From NCBI GenBank assembly GCA_043822705.1, contig JBDRBK010000070.1, positions 1 through 64,000 of the forward strand: a stretch of 64,000 nucleotides of DNA. Direction: 5' to 3'. The position numbers were made by a program, and so were the translations under genes. Under the pieces are notes generated by a model, which worked only from the letters and a program-made list of their open reading frames with translations, was not told where the DNA came from and ran no database searches. This DNA is from Fidelibacterota bacterium (GTDB taxonomy: Bacteria > Fidelibacterota > Marinisomatia > Marinisomatales > TCS56). This document shows positions 20,943 through 31,295 of the stretch, piece after piece (within the stretch, counting starts at the first letter, position 1; each line of letters begins with the position of its first letter).

Positions 20943-21885
20943 AAATACCTTTCTCATATTAACGATTTTTCTGATCACCGGCAATTTACTGGCGGCGGGA
21001 TTATTCAATCTTGACCAGCGATTTTACCCTGGTCTGCGTAAGTCTTTTATTCAGTATGATCATATGGCGCCGTTGTTTCTTGAACAGGGTTCGACGGCCG
21101 GCCTGGATACTTCAGCCGAAGAGGTTGAAGTAATGGTATTTCCGGCGCGCCCGTTGTTGATGTCTCTGATCATACCCGGCAGCGGACAAATTTATAATAA
21201 ATCACCCTGGTGGAAGGCAGCCGTCTTCGCTGGTGTGGAGGCCGCCGGTTTTGTGGCCTGGTGGTCGTATACCAATCAAGCGGAAGATATGCGGAATAAG
21301 TTTGAACTGTTTGCCGATAATCACTGGTCGCTGGCCGAATGGGTTCGCACCAGTGGTTTCATGAATCTGGAATTGTACCCCGGGCAGGTCGATACCAGCA
21401 ACAATGTCTTTTCTTCGGGACACCAGTTGACACTGATCGATCAAGACGGTAACTATTTTCAATCACGGGAATTGTACCTGGACAACGACCTGACCGGCAA
21501 GACGGTCCTGAAAGATCGCGATTTTTATGAAAATGTCGGAAAATATGACCAATTCGTCGGTGGCTGGGACGATGCCTACGAAGGCAGTGAACGACTCTGG
21601 GAGCTTAAAGAGAAAGCGGTCGAAGACAGTGTCGAATATGTCCATATGACCAAGAATAAAAATAAATACCTGGGTATGCGTTACGACAATAATCAGTTGC
21701 TGAAGGTCGCCAGTTACGCGGTAACCGCGATCATGTTCAACCATGTGATCAGTGCGATCGAAGCCGTCTACAGTTCCCAGTCCGCCGCCCGCGAGGCGGA
21801 ACAGCGCGACACCTCGGTGGGCTTGATCTATGATCCCAAATCCCGTTACGGTGTCAGCGGAATAGCCTTTTCAATGCGATTTTAA
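20917..21885 (+). CDS. Hypothetical membrane protein (DUF5683-like)
   Basis: SLIIPGSGQIYNK...WKAAVF motif; AAGGAG RBS upstream of ATG 20917. Confidence 0.6.
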   Translation: MRAYYSSSKNTFLILTIFLITGNLLAAGLFNLDQRFYPGLRKSFIQYDHMAPLFLEQGSTAGLDTSAEEVEVMVFPARPLLMSLIIPGSGQIYNKSPWWKAAVFAGVEAAGFVAWWSYTNQAEDMRNKFELFADNHWSLAEWVRTSGFMNLELYPGQVDTSNNVFSSGHQLTLIDQDGNYFQSRELYLDNDLTGKTVLKDRDFYENVGKYDQFVGGWDDAYEGSERLWELKEKAVEDSVEYVHMTKNKNKYLGMRYDNNQLLKVASYAVTAIMFNHVISAIEAVYSSQSAAREAEQRDTSVGLIYDPKSRYGVSGIAFSMRF

Positions 21886-21921
21886 GATAGTCATAATCAA
21901 TCGATAATCGAGATACGAAAC

Positions 21922-22725
21922 GTGAAGAAAAGTAATTTATTGTACCCGAGGGCAGGAACCCTCGGCCGGATAGGACTAATTTTGTCATTCAGCCTGATTG
22001 CGTTTAATTGCGCCGGCAATAAACCGGTCAATACCGATCTGGATGCCAAGGCTAATTACGATAAGGGCATGGAAATGCTCCAGAAGAAACGCTATCTGCG
22101 GGCCCAGGAGGAGTTTAATCAGGCCGTGATCAGTGGCGCCCACACCGAATGGGGGGATGATGCTTCATTCTATCTGGGAGAGGCCTATTTTCTGAACAAG
22201 GAATATCTGCTGGCGATTTCGGAATATGAGCGCCTGATCCGCCGAATGCCATTTACCGAGTACCTGGAGCGGGCACGCTACCGGATCTGTGAATGCTATA
22301 TTGCCGAATCACCGGATTTTTTCCATGATCAGACCTACACGCTGCGGGCGATCGAGGAAATCCAGGAATTTCTTGACGATTTTCCGATTTCCGATTTTCG
22401 TGCTGAAGCCCTGACGGCCAACAATAAGTTACGCGAGAAGCTCGGGCAGAAATCGTACGAGACGGGGATTCTGTACCTTAAAATGGATGAACCAAAACCG
22501 GCAATAGTCGCTTTTGAGGATGTCATCAACAATTATTACGATACCAGGTATTTCAAATTATCACACCTCGAAATCGTGAATTCCTACTGCTTGATTCCCG
22601 ACATTGCGGCGGCGGAGCAATTTATCAAGGATAAAGAACAGATATTCACCGATGACGATCTGCTGTCCCGGGCGAATGCGGCGATCAAGGCGGCCAGGAC
22701 CAAGCTGGAAAAAACGAATCAATGA
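21922..22725 (+). CDS. bamD: Outer membrane protein assembly factor BamD
   Basis: Lipobox AFNC; TPRs; HDQTYTLRAIEEIQEFLDDFP motif. Confidence 0.88.
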   Translation: MKKSNLLYPRAGTLGRIGLILSFSLIAFNCAGNKPVNTDLDAKANYDKGMEMLQKKRYLRAQEEFNQAVISGAHTEWGDDASFYLGEAYFLNKEYLLAISEYERLIRRMPFTEYLERARYRICECYIAESPDFFHDQTYTLRAIEEIQEFLDDFPISDFRAEALTANNKLREKLGQKSYETGILYLKMDEPKPAIVAFEDVINNYYDTRYFKLSHLEIVNSYCLIPDIAAAEQFIKDKEQIFTDDDLLSRANAAIKAARTKLEKTNQ

Positions 22726-23306
22726 AACTTTGCGTTTTCGGGGGGACATTCGACCCGCCCCATATCGGCCATCTGCTGATAGCCCAGACCGTCTTTGAAG
22801 CCGAGGATTTTGATCAGATCGTTTTCGTGCCGGCCTACAACCCGCCCCACAAGGACAACGATAAAATGACGCCGGTCGATTTGCGACTGGAAATGCTGGA
22901 ACTGGCAGTCGCCGAGAACCCGCATTTTTCCATTTCTGATGTCGAAATAAAGCGGATGGGTGTATCTTACAGCATCGATACCGTCCGGCAGTTAAAGTTA
23001 TTACGTGGTCTCGATAGCGATGCGATTTATTTTTTAATCGGCAGCGATACTTTGCCGGACGTAGTCAACTGGAAAAATCCGCACGAACTGATCGATGAAT
23101 GCCGAATTATCGTCGCTCTGCGTCCGGGATTTCGCCCCAGTGATATTCCGGCCTGGCTGCTGCAAAAAGTCCAGTTTGCAAATATTCCGCGCTTCGAAAT
23201 ATCCAGCACGACGATCCGGCGACGCTGGCGTGAAAATAAAACGATCCGTTACATGGTCACTCAGCCGGTCTGGGAATATATTAATAAACATAATTTGTAC
23301 TTATGA
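22722..23306 (+). CDS. nadD: Nicotinate-nucleotide adenylyltransferase
   Basis: FGGTFDPPHIGH, PPHK, IGSD, ISSTTIR. Confidence 0.95.
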   Translation: MKLCVFGGTFDPPHIGHLLIAQTVFEAEDFDQIVFVPAYNPPHKDNDKMTPVDLRLEMLELAVAENPHFSISDVEIKRMGVSYSIDTVRQLKLLRGLDSDAIYFLIGSDTLPDVVNWKNPHELIDECRIIVALRPGFRPSDIPAWLLQKVQFANIPRFEISSTTIRRRWRENKTIRYMVTQPVWEYINKHNLYL

Positions 23307-24223
23307 TCCATAGCCTGTTGATGCTGGTCGCTGGCGGAGTACTGCTCTATTACGGAGCGGAATGGATGGTGCGGGGCGGGAGCCGCCTGGCAGGGAAATT
23401 AGGCGTATCACCGTTGGTAATCGGACTCACCGTCGTGGCCTTCGGTACATCGCTGCCGGAGTTGATGGTGAGCTTGGTAGCCGCCATAAACGGTAAGGAA
23501 GCGATTGCGATTGGCAATGTGGTCGGTTCCAATATCGCCAATGTCGGCCTGGTGCTGGGTCTGAGTTCGCTAATATTTCCGATCACTGTCGTTTACCGTA
23601 CGATAGGTCGTGAACTGTGGATTTATCTTGGAGTAGCTATCGTTTTTATCCTGTTCTGTTATGATGGAATGATCGAGCGCTGGGAAGGAATACTGCTGTT
23701 TTCCGGTTTAATCGCCTACGTCTGGATGCATATAAAATATCCGCCGGACTGTGTTGAAGAACCGGAAACTAATTTCGGGACCATCCCGAGAAATATTCTG
23801 ATATTACTGCTGGGAATCAGTCTGCTGACCTTTGGGGCCGATCTGTTCGTCCGGGGGGCGGTAGCGGTAGCCACGCAGATGGGTATTTCCGAAATCGTAA
23901 TCGGGATGACGGTTGTCGCCCTGGGCACCTCACTACCGGAATTAGCTACATCGGTAGTAGCCGCTTTTCGCAAACAAAGCGGGATATCGATTGGTAACAT
24001 TGTCGGCTCCAATCTTTTCAATATTCTATCGGTGATCGGGCTGGTCTCGATTATCCGTCCGCTACAGGTGGACCCGGCGATACTGAATCTGGAATTGCCG
24101 CTGATGCTGGCGTTTGGCGTCGCTCTGTTCCCGATCGCACGGATGGTGCAGCCGATTCCCCGCCCGGCAACGGCTGTTTTATTAATATCCTATATCGGAA
24201 TAATGATTTGGATGTTTATCTGA
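23303..24223 (+). CDS. Calcium/sodium antiporter (YrbG-like)
   Basis: Two GTSLPEL...GN(V/I)VGSN alpha repeats. Confidence 0.93.
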   Translation: MIHSLLMLVAGGVLLYYGAEWMVRGGSRLAGKLGVSPLVIGLTVVAFGTSLPELMVSLVAAINGKEAIAIGNVVGSNIANVGLVLGLSSLIFPITVVYRTIGRELWIYLGVAIVFILFCYDGMIERWEGILLFSGLIAYVWMHIKYPPDCVEEPETNFGTIPRNILILLLGISLLTFGADLFVRGAVAVATQMGISEIVIGMTVVALGTSLPELATSVVAAFRKQSGISIGNIVGSNLFNILSVIGLVSIIRPLQVDPAILNLELPLMLAFGVALFPIARMVQPIPRPATAVLLISYIGIMIWMFI

Positions 24224-24293
24224 TGATCCTTTTCAATCGTATATTTAGTCCGACTGATTTACCGCCGGGAAGCGGATTGTCGATAATTAGATT

Positions 24294-24944
24294 ATGATTA
24301 CACTGGAAAAAGTATCCTACTCGTATAAAAAATGGCTGGGGGTAAGCGATGTCAGCCTGAAAGTGGAAAAAGGTGAGTTCACCTATATTATCGGGCCGAC
24401 AGGATCCGGGAAAACGACACTGATGCGGCTGATCTACCTGGAACTTTTTCCCGATGAAGGCCGTGTCTTGATCAATGGTTACGATACATCGCGGATCAAG
24501 AAAAGGCATATTCCCCGCATCCGGAAAAATATCGGCATGATCTTTCAAAACTACAATTTATTATCCGATCGCAATCTTTTCGCCAATGTGGCATTGCCGC
24601 TGCATGTTCTGGGTGTTTCATCCAGCGAAATTCGTGAACGGGTCGGTACGATGCTCAATGAAGTCGGTCTCTTCGGTAAGGAGCAGCACTATCCCAACGA
24701 ACTATCCGGTGGTGAGCAGCAGCGTGCCTGTATCGCCCGGGCGCTGGTCAAACAACCGGATATAATTCTGGCCGATGAACCGACGGGCAACCTGGATCCG
24801 ATCACTGCCTACGATCTGATGGAATTGATGGATAAAATCAATGCCGACGGCACGGCGATATTCATGGCTTCCCATAATTATACGCTGATTCGCGACCGTG
24901 GCCACCGGATCGTTCAGATTCAGGAAGGCAAACTGCGCGCCTGA
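24294..24944 (+). CDS. ftsE: Cell division ABC ATPase FtsE
   Basis: [25 protein letters not shown]; followed by ftsX. Confidence 0.92.
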   Translation: MITLEKVSYSYKKWLGVSDVSLKVEKGEFTYIIGPTGSGKTTLMRLIYLELFPDEGRVLINGYDTSRIKKRHIPRIRKNIGMIFQNYNLLSDRNLFANVALPLHVLGVSSSEIRERVGTMLNEVGLFGKEQHYPNELSGGEQQRACIARALVKQPDIILADEPTGNLDPITAYDLMELMDKINADGTAIFMASHNYTLIRDRGHRIVQIQEGKLRA

Positions 24945-24946
24945 TC

Positions 24947-25816
24947 ATGGATAAATTTCTGTTTCTGATCGGCGAAGGATTCAAGAATCTGTGGCGATTC
25001 AAAGTTACCACCGTGACGTCGATAATTTCGGTGTTCATGACCCTGTACCTGATCGGTATCTTGTTTACCATCGGCGACAATTCACAGAAACTGATCGTAT
25101 ACCTGCGGTCCAAGTACAAAATCGAAGTCTTTTTTAAAAACAGCGTCAGTGATGCTCAAGCCAAACTTCTGACTGACGAAATCCAGAAAATACCTGGTGT
25201 CCGGTCCGCCACCCTGATCGATCGTAATGACGCCGCCACGATATTCCGGCAGCAATTCGGCGATGACATTCTTAGTATCTTGAATGAGAATCCGCTGCCG
25301 GCCAGTTGCGTTGTCAATATCAGTCGCACCCAGACATCGGCATTGGATATTGCACCGTTGATCGACCGTATTAATGCAATCGATGGTGTCGACGAAATCA
25401 ATTTCCAGGGTCGCCTGATCAGCCGGATCGAACGTTACTATGAATTCTTGTATAAAGTGATCGTCGTGGCCGCCGTCGCCATATTGCTGGTGACGCTGTC
25501 GATCATTTCCAATACCATCAAATTGACATTTTACGTGCGCGCCGATCTGATCCAGGCCCTGAAACTGGTCGGTGCCAGCAACCTGTTCATAAAAATTCCA
25601 TTTATCATCGATGGTCTGTTACAGGGTCTGATCGGGTCTTTGCTGGCCGCCGCCGCACTGTATGGAACCATTTCCGCCGCAAATCATTTTATTGCACTGG
25701 TGACCACGCAAATCAGGATTTCGAGCGATTTGTTCGTCGGAATCTGGCTGGTGGCGGCGGCGGTACTGATCGGCATGATCGGTGCCAGCCGGGCGACGGC
25801 CAAGCTCCTGCGATGA
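24947..25816 (+). CDS. ftsX: Cell division permease FtsX
   Basis: ENPLPAS, ISNTIKL, LVGASNLFIKIPF motifs. Confidence 0.92.
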   Translation: MDKFLFLIGEGFKNLWRFKVTTVTSIISVFMTLYLIGILFTIGDNSQKLIVYLRSKYKIEVFFKNSVSDAQAKLLTDEIQKIPGVRSATLIDRNDAATIFRQQFGDDILSILNENPLPASCVVNISRTQTSALDIAPLIDRINAIDGVDEINFQGRLISRIERYYEFLYKVIVVAAVAILLVTLSIISNTIKLTFYVRADLIQALKLVGASNLFIKIPFIIDGLLQGLIGSLLAAAALYGTISAANHFIALVTTQIRISSDLFVGIWLVAAAVLIGMIGASRATAKLLR

Positions 25817-25837
25817 ACGGTGGCTGAATTTTTGACC

Positions 25838-25867
25838 TTGACTGATTTTTTTTTAAAGGCCTAATAT
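25838..25867 (+). promoter_or_regulatory. Putative promoter TTGACT-N18-TAATAT of hrcA operon
   Basis: Hexamers in the ftsX-hrcA gap; -10 ends 7 nt before the hrcA ATG. Confidence 0.5.
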
Positions 25868-25874
25868 CCACAAT

Positions 25875-26906
25875 ATGATTAATCATCCAAAAATAACATT
25901 GACCGAGCGTGAACAACTGGTTCTCAAGATCACGGTCGAGAATTATATCGAACTGATGCGACCGGTGAGTTCCAATTTTATCCGAAGTCGCCATCTGCCG
26001 ACCCTCAGCCCGGCGACGATCCGCAATACCCTGGCGCAGTTGGAGCAGTATGGATTGCTGTCCCATATGTACACATCGTCCGGGCGGGTGCCGACCGATG
26101 CCGGCTATCGTTATTATGTGGATCAATTATTGAAGATCGACAGTATTCCGGGCAATCTGGATGACCAGCTTAACCGGCTGCTGACAAGTGTCAGTAATAA
26201 TGTCGATGAGCTGATGCAGGCCGTGGCGGGAATGCTGTCCCAGGTCAGTCGCCTGTTCGGACTGGTGTTGATCGGGCGCTACCAGGAAAGCATATTAAGC
26301 GATATCGAGCTGGTGCCGCTGGCATCGGACCGGATCATGATGGTGCTGGCAATGAAGTCCGGTCTCGTTCGTTCGATCGTTCTGAATCTGAACGTTTCGG
26401 TGTTGCGGGATGTTTTGGATGTCGTAATCAGTGTTTTAAAGGAGCGGTTACTGGGACTGACGCTTAAAGAGATCCAGAACACTATCGATGACCGGCTGCG
26501 TGACAGCGATATCTATGGTCATGAGTTAATTCAAGTATTGATAAATGATCCTGCACTGCATTTCAGTATCACTCAGAATAAAATCATTTATCAGTCTACA
26601 CTTATACCATTACTTGAACATCCTGAATTTCAGGATGTGGAAATCCTGCAGCGTACGATAGCCGGACTGGATACCCAACGGATGATCGGCTATCTGGCAA
26701 ACCAGATCGGGGATCAGCCTAACAATATTTTAATCGGACATGAAAACAGTGATGTCTATCTCGATCATTGTTCCCTGGTGTCGACGAGATTTGATTCAGC
26801 CAACCTGATGGGCCAGTTAGTGATTCTGGGTCCGACACGGTTGCCGTACAAGCATGTTCAATTAATTCTTAAACAATTTGCGGAGATTTTACCCGATGTC
26901 TGCTGA
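25875..26906 (+). CDS. hrcA: Heat-inducible transcription repressor HrcA
   Basis: LSPATIRN, TSSGRVPTDAGYRYYVD, LGPTRLPY. Confidence 0.95.
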   Translation: MINHPKITLTEREQLVLKITVENYIELMRPVSSNFIRSRHLPTLSPATIRNTLAQLEQYGLLSHMYTSSGRVPTDAGYRYYVDQLLKIDSIPGNLDDQLNRLLTSVSNNVDELMQAVAGMLSQVSRLFGLVLIGRYQESILSDIELVPLASDRIMMVLAMKSGLVRSIVLNLNVSVLRDVLDVVISVLKERLLGLTLKEIQNTIDDRLRDSDIYGHELIQVLINDPALHFSITQNKIIYQSTLIPLLEHPEFQDVEILQRTIAGLDTQRMIGYLANQIGDQPNNILIGHENSDVYLDHCSLVSTRFDSANLMGQLVILGPTRLPYKHVQLILKQFAEILPDVC

Positions 26907-27459
26907 GCCTGTCGATAAATCCAAGCAGAAAGAAGTCAGTGAGTCCAATGTCTCGAATACCGGAACCGAGGCAATCCCAAAAAAGAAAAAGATTGTTACC
27001 GAGAAAAAACTGATCGCCGATTTACGGCAAGAGGTACAGGATTTGGGAGAAAAGAATCTGCGGCTGCGCGCCGAATTTGATAATTACCGGCGCCGTAAGG
27101 ATCTGGAATTCATCAAACTGCTGGAATATGAGGGCGATAGTATTTTCCGGGCGATTCTACCGGTCATGGACGACCTGGAACGGGTGGAAAGCGCGCTGGC
27201 GGATAGCGGCGGCAGTATCAAGAAGACGGCGCAGGGAATTTCCCTGGTTATCGCCAAATTCAGGAAGATTCTGGAAGAACGGGGCGTGTCCGCCTTTGTA
27301 TCGGTGGGCGCGCTGCTGGATTCAAATTTCCATGATGCCATGATGGTGCTGCAGCAACCGGACAAACAGGACAATGAAATCATTCAGGAACATGAAAAAG
27401 GTTATAAATACAAGGATAAAGTACTGCGGCATGCCAAGGTAGTTGTGAATAAATTATGA
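26896..27459 (+). CDS. grpE: Nucleotide exchange factor GrpE
   Basis: [39 protein letters not shown]. Confidence 0.95.
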   Translation: MSAEPVDKSKQKEVSESNVSNTGTEAIPKKKKIVTEKKLIADLRQEVQDLGEKNLRLRAEFDNYRRRKDLEFIKLLEYEGDSIFRAILPVMDDLERVESALADSGGSIKKTAQGISLVIAKFRKILEERGVSAFVSVGALLDSNFHDAMMVLQQPDKQDNEIIQEHEKGYKYKDKVLRHAKVVVNKL

Positions 27460-28598
27460 GAGATCTTTATGAAGTATTGGGTGTTGCCAAAGATGCCTCC
27501 AAGGATGAGATAAAGAAATCCTACCGTAAAATCGCCATGAAATATCATCCGGATCGAAATCCGGGTGACAAGGAGGCGGAACAGAAATTCAAAGAAGCGG
27601 CGGAAGCCTATGCCGTCCTGAACGACGACCAGAAACGTCAGCAATACGATCAGTTCGGACATGCCGGTGTCGGTCTGGGTGAGCAGGGTGGCGGTTTTGG
27701 CGGCGGGTTCGGCGGATTCGGCGGTTTTGATCTTTCGGACGCATTACGGATTTTCATGGATGGTTTCGGTGGTGGTGGTGGTGGTTTCGGCGGTTTCGAG
27801 GATTTCTTCGGTGGCGGCGGGCGTCGGCAGCAGGTCCACAAAGCCCGTGATATGCGGGTCACGATCGCCCTCGATCTGACGGAAATCTATTCCGGGATCG
27901 AGAAAACGATTAAGGTCAAGCGGGCGGAAACCTGTGATCAATGCGACGGGACCGGTGCTAAACCAGGCACCAGCGCCAGTAAATGCAAACACTGCGGAGG
28001 ATCAGGACAGATTCGCCAGATGACTCGAACCCTGTTCGGCCAATCGGTGGTAGTACGCGAGTGCCCGGTATGCAATGGCAGCGGCGAAATGATTGAACAG
28101 CGCTGCGGAACCTGCGGTGGTGATGGTATCGTCCGGAAAACGGCTGAAATCAAGATCAACGTGCCCGCCGGCGTCGCTACCGGGAATTACATGACGCTGC
28201 GGGGGCAGGGCAATAAGGGCGGCAAGGGCGTGCTGGTAGGAGACCTGATCGTATTCTTCGAAGAAAAGGAACATCCGCATTTTGTCCGGCATGGCAACGA
28301 TGTATTCCTGGAAGCACTGATTTCGATCAGCCAGGCCATCCTGGGTGCTGAAATCGAAGTGCCGACACTGGAAGGGCGAGCCAGCCTGAAAGTTCCGGCG
28401 GGAATACAATCGGGGACAATTCTCAGAATGAGAAACAAGGGCTTCAAGGAACTGAACGGTCCGTACCGCGGCGACCAGTTGATCCGGATTCAGATCGAGA
28501 CACCAAAGAAATTGTCCGCCCATCAGAAGGAAATGTTGAAAAATTTTGAATCGGTCGTCGGTAAACATCAGGTTATATTTCAAAAAGTAAAAATTTGA
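27456..28598 (+). CDS. dnaJ: Chaperone DnaJ
   Basis: J domain with HPD; G/F-rich linker; four CxxCxGxG zinc motifs. Confidence 0.97.
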   Translation: MRDLYEVLGVAKDASKDEIKKSYRKIAMKYHPDRNPGDKEAEQKFKEAAEAYAVLNDDQKRQQYDQFGHAGVGLGEQGGGFGGGFGGFGGFDLSDALRIFMDGFGGGGGGFGGFEDFFGGGGRRQQVHKARDMRVTIALDLTEIYSGIEKTIKVKRAETCDQCDGTGAKPGTSASKCKHCGGSGQIRQMTRTLFGQSVVVRECPVCNGSGEMIEQRCGTCGGDGIVRKTAEIKINVPAGVATGNYMTLRGQGNKGGKGVLVGDLIVFFEEKEHPHFVRHGNDVFLEALISISQAILGAEIEVPTLEGRASLKVPAGIQSGTILRMRNKGFKELNGPYRGDQLIRIQIETPKKLSAHQKEMLKNFESVVGKHQVIFQKVKI

Positions 28599-29020
28599 AG
28601 GACGTTTTTACCAGTCAGGAAAAACTGATTATCAGGTTTTTAGCCGGAGCCATTATTATCGGCGTGATTGTGGGCACGGTCCGGCGCTGCGCCGATTACG
28701 ACCAGCAATTGACGACATCTGTCGATCGGCAACTGGTGGAATTTCAGGAAGCGGTCAATTCCAGTGCGAAAGAAAACGGCACAGAATCAGGAACCGAGCT
28801 TTCCGCAGAAATCGGCGACCCGGATACACTGCCGGTAAATATCAATACAGCATCCAAGGAACAGTTAATGACCCTGCCAAAAATCGGCCCGGTGACCGCA
28901 GAAAGGATTATACGTTATCGGGAAGATTTTGGTAACTTTACTGACTTGGATGAGTTAAAAAATGTTAAAGGAATCGGTCCGAAGACGTTTGAACAACTTC
29001 GAGCATTAATAACTTTATGA
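28595..29020 (+). CDS. comEA: ComEA-family helix-hairpin-helix DNA-binding protein
   Basis: N-terminal TM; VNINTAS...[13 protein letters not shown]...VKGIGPKT. Confidence 0.85.
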   Translation: MKDVFTSQEKLIIRFLAGAIIIGVIVGTVRRCADYDQQLTTSVDRQLVEFQEAVNSSAKENGTESGTELSAEIGDPDTLPVNINTASKEQLMTLPKIGPVTAERIIRYREDFGNFTDLDELKNVKGIGPKTFEQLRALITL

Positions 29021-29037
29021 CTTCAAGGATATAAGAA

Positions 29038-29781
29038 ATGGGCACGCGCGCGAAACAATTGTTAGCGGATGGACTTGAATTTTTAATCATATTCGCACTC
29101 ATCTTGATGATTATATCGATTTATGTTCCACGAGCGATCTGGGATACGGAAGAAGAGCTGCAGCAAACCAGCCGCTTCCGAATGCAGAATATCTACGAAG
29201 TCGAGGATTTCTATCATCAGTTAAAAGGTGAGTATTCCTCCGATCCGCTGTGGGCTTTGAACGTGGTCAATGCGATCCGCGATTCATTAACCGCAGACAC
29301 CACTTTTCTGGAAGATCAGGTATTGAATCTGGCCGGCAAATCAATAAATGTCAATATCCCGGCCGGCTGGAGTACGGTTTTCGATACGACCTTCGGTTTC
29401 AGGAAAGTCCGCAAAGATACAATCTCCTATATGCAGTACGAGGTCGTGACCTATATCGAGGCCAGGAACGCTTACGACACACTGTTTGTCCAGTACAATG
29501 AAATGCTGGCGATGAAAGAAAATCCGACTTTTGTCAATGTGGCTTCCGAGAATGAGGTCCAACGTGTGGAGGCGGTCACTTATTACACTTCCTATATGCC
29601 GGATTCCAGCTATTTTTATTGTCCGTTAACCCAGCAGCCTTATGCGGTCACCCTCGAGAAAGGAATCAAGATTGCCAGCCCGATAGCAGATGCGGTAACG
29701 GAAAGACGTTATCTGATCTTTTCTTTCCGAGCTGAAAATCACGGCTATATTGAAGACGGGGTGCCGAGCTGGCAGATGTAA
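29038..29781 (+). CDS. Hypothetical membrane-anchored protein
   Basis: Long ORF with one N-terminal hydrophobic helix; CPLTQQPY near C-terminus. Confidence 0.6.
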   Translation: MGTRAKQLLADGLEFLIIFALILMIISIYVPRAIWDTEEELQQTSRFRMQNIYEVEDFYHQLKGEYSSDPLWALNVVNAIRDSLTADTTFLEDQVLNLAGKSINVNIPAGWSTVFDTTFGFRKVRKDTISYMQYEVVTYIEARNAYDTLFVQYNEMLAMKENPTFVNVASENEVQRVEAVTYYTSYMPDSSYFYCPLTQQPYAVTLEKGIKIASPIADAVTERRYLIFSFRAENHGYIEDGVPSWQM

Positions 29782-29824
29782 AATTCGGCGCCCGGCATAT
29801 TTTTACGGTTGAATTCAAATTACA

Positions 29825-29853
29825 GGCGGAACGTTTTTCAGCGTTCCGCTTTA
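29825..29853 (+). terminator. Stem-loop, probable terminator of hrcA operon
   Basis: GGCGGAACGTT / AGCGTTCCGCT inverted repeat followed by a short T run. Confidence 0.5.
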
Positions 29854-29882
29854 CATTATCGCTAAGTTTGCGCTAAATCCCC

Positions 29883-30398
29883 ATGAATATTTTAGCCGGC
29901 AGTTTCAAGGGCCGAAAGATTATAACCAGACCTGACCTGGATTATCGTCCGACGACTGGTATCGTTCGCAAGAGTCTGTTTGAGATTCTCGGACCGCTTA
30001 CCGATCTGGTAGTACTGGATTTGTTTGCCGGTACCGGAATCCTGGGCTTTGAAGCCGCCAGTCGCGGCGCTGCTCAGGTCGTTTTTGTCGAGATTCAGCA
30101 ACAGGCTGTCAAGCTGCTGCATGCCAATATCCGGAAATTCCCCGAAACCCGGTTTGACGTAATCCGGGGAGATGTATCCGGATATTTACACGACTGTCCG
30201 GTATTCGATTTAATCCTGGCCGATCCTCCTTACGGGAAAGTCGACATGGCAAGATTGATCGATTCGAGCCGGCTGAAACTGGGTCAAAGCGGTAAATTTA
30301 TTCTTGAATCGTCAATTCGCGATAAATTACCGGAAGGATACAGTCGTGAGAAGCGCTTTGGTGAAACACGCATCACTATTTGGGAGCCGCTGACATGA
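29883..30398 (+). CDS. rsmD: 16S rRNA m2G966 methyltransferase RsmD
   Basis: RPTT, VLDLFAGTGILGFEAASRGA, ADPPY; upstream of coaD. Confidence 0.9.
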   Translation: MNILAGSFKGRKIITRPDLDYRPTTGIVRKSLFEILGPLTDLVVLDLFAGTGILGFEAASRGAAQVVFVEIQQQAVKLLHANIRKFPETRFDVIRGDVSGYLHDCPVFDLILADPPYGKVDMARLIDSSRLKLGQSGKFILESSIRDKLPEGYSREKRFGETRITIWEPLT

Positions 30399-30883
30399 AA
30401 AAAGTAATATACCCGGGGTCATTCGATCCGGTGACTTACGGCCATCTTGATATCGCCCGGCGCGCGGCCAGGCTGTTTGACGAAGTTATCTTTGTCGTGG
30501 CGGTCAATCCAACCAAGAAACCGCTATTCACGACTGCCGAACGGGTAAATCTGATCCGGGAAGCGACCGGAAACATCGCTGGTATCACCGTCACTTCGTC
30601 GGATGATCTGATCGCCAATTTCGCGCGAAAGGAGTCGGCAGTTGCCTTGATTCGGGGTCTGCGCCACGTCAGCGATTTCGAATACGAATTCCAGATGGCG
30701 ATGATGAACTACCACTTAAACCCGGAAGTGGCAACCGTCCTGCTGATACCGCACGAGAAATACGTCCATCTGAATTCAACGGTGATCAAAGATATCGTCC
30801 GGCTTGGCGGCGATGTCAGTGAATTTATTCCCGAGAATGTATTTTCGGCCTTGCGGGCAAAATTATTCACCAGAAAAATATGA
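30395..30883 (+). CDS. coaD: Pantetheine-phosphate adenylyltransferase
   Basis: YPGSFDPVTYGHLD, IRGLRHVSDFEYE. Confidence 0.96.
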   Translation: MKKVIYPGSFDPVTYGHLDIARRAARLFDEVIFVVAVNPTKKPLFTTAERVNLIREATGNIAGITVTSSDDLIANFARKESAVALIRGLRHVSDFEYEFQMAMMNYHLNPEVATVLLIPHEKYVHLNSTVIKDIVRLGGDVSEFIPENVFSALRAKLFTRKI

Positions 30884-30929
30884 TCAGCACCGGAAGATGA
30901 GTGTGAGAAAAGAAAGGTACCTGTAGACG

Positions 30930-31217
30930 ATGCCAACCTACGATTATCGCTGTTCGATCTGTGGCCACCAATTCGAGCATTTTCAATCGATGTTTGATGA
31001 ACCGTTAAAATCGTGTCCGAAGTGCAATTCGGCCGTGCGCCGGGTGATCAGTGGCGGCAGCGGCCTGATTTTCAAGGGTTCCGGTTTTTACATAACCGAT
31101 TACAAGGCTAAAAATTCCCAGAGCGGACCACCGGCCAGGAAAGCCGGTCCTGACGGTAAAACCGAATCGGAGAATAAAACAGCGTCCAAACCGGCCACAA
31201 AAGAGAAAAACGACTGA
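30930..31217 (+). CDS. FmdB-family zinc ribbon protein
   Basis: MPTYDYRCxxC...CPKC...FKGSGFYITDY. Confidence 0.92.
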   Translation: MPTYDYRCSICGHQFEHFQSMFDEPLKSCPKCNSAVRRVISGGSGLIFKGSGFYITDYKAKNSQSGPPARKAGPDGKTESENKTASKPATKEKND

Positions 31218-31295
31218 ATTCAGCGATCGAAAGCTGGAACCATTCTCAGATATATGTAAATCCGGATCGAATTTCGTCTTATTTTCCGCAATAAT

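Noticed and set aside
27685..27822. GGC/GGT low-complexity repeats
   Set aside because: They encode the normal G/F-rich linker of DnaJ
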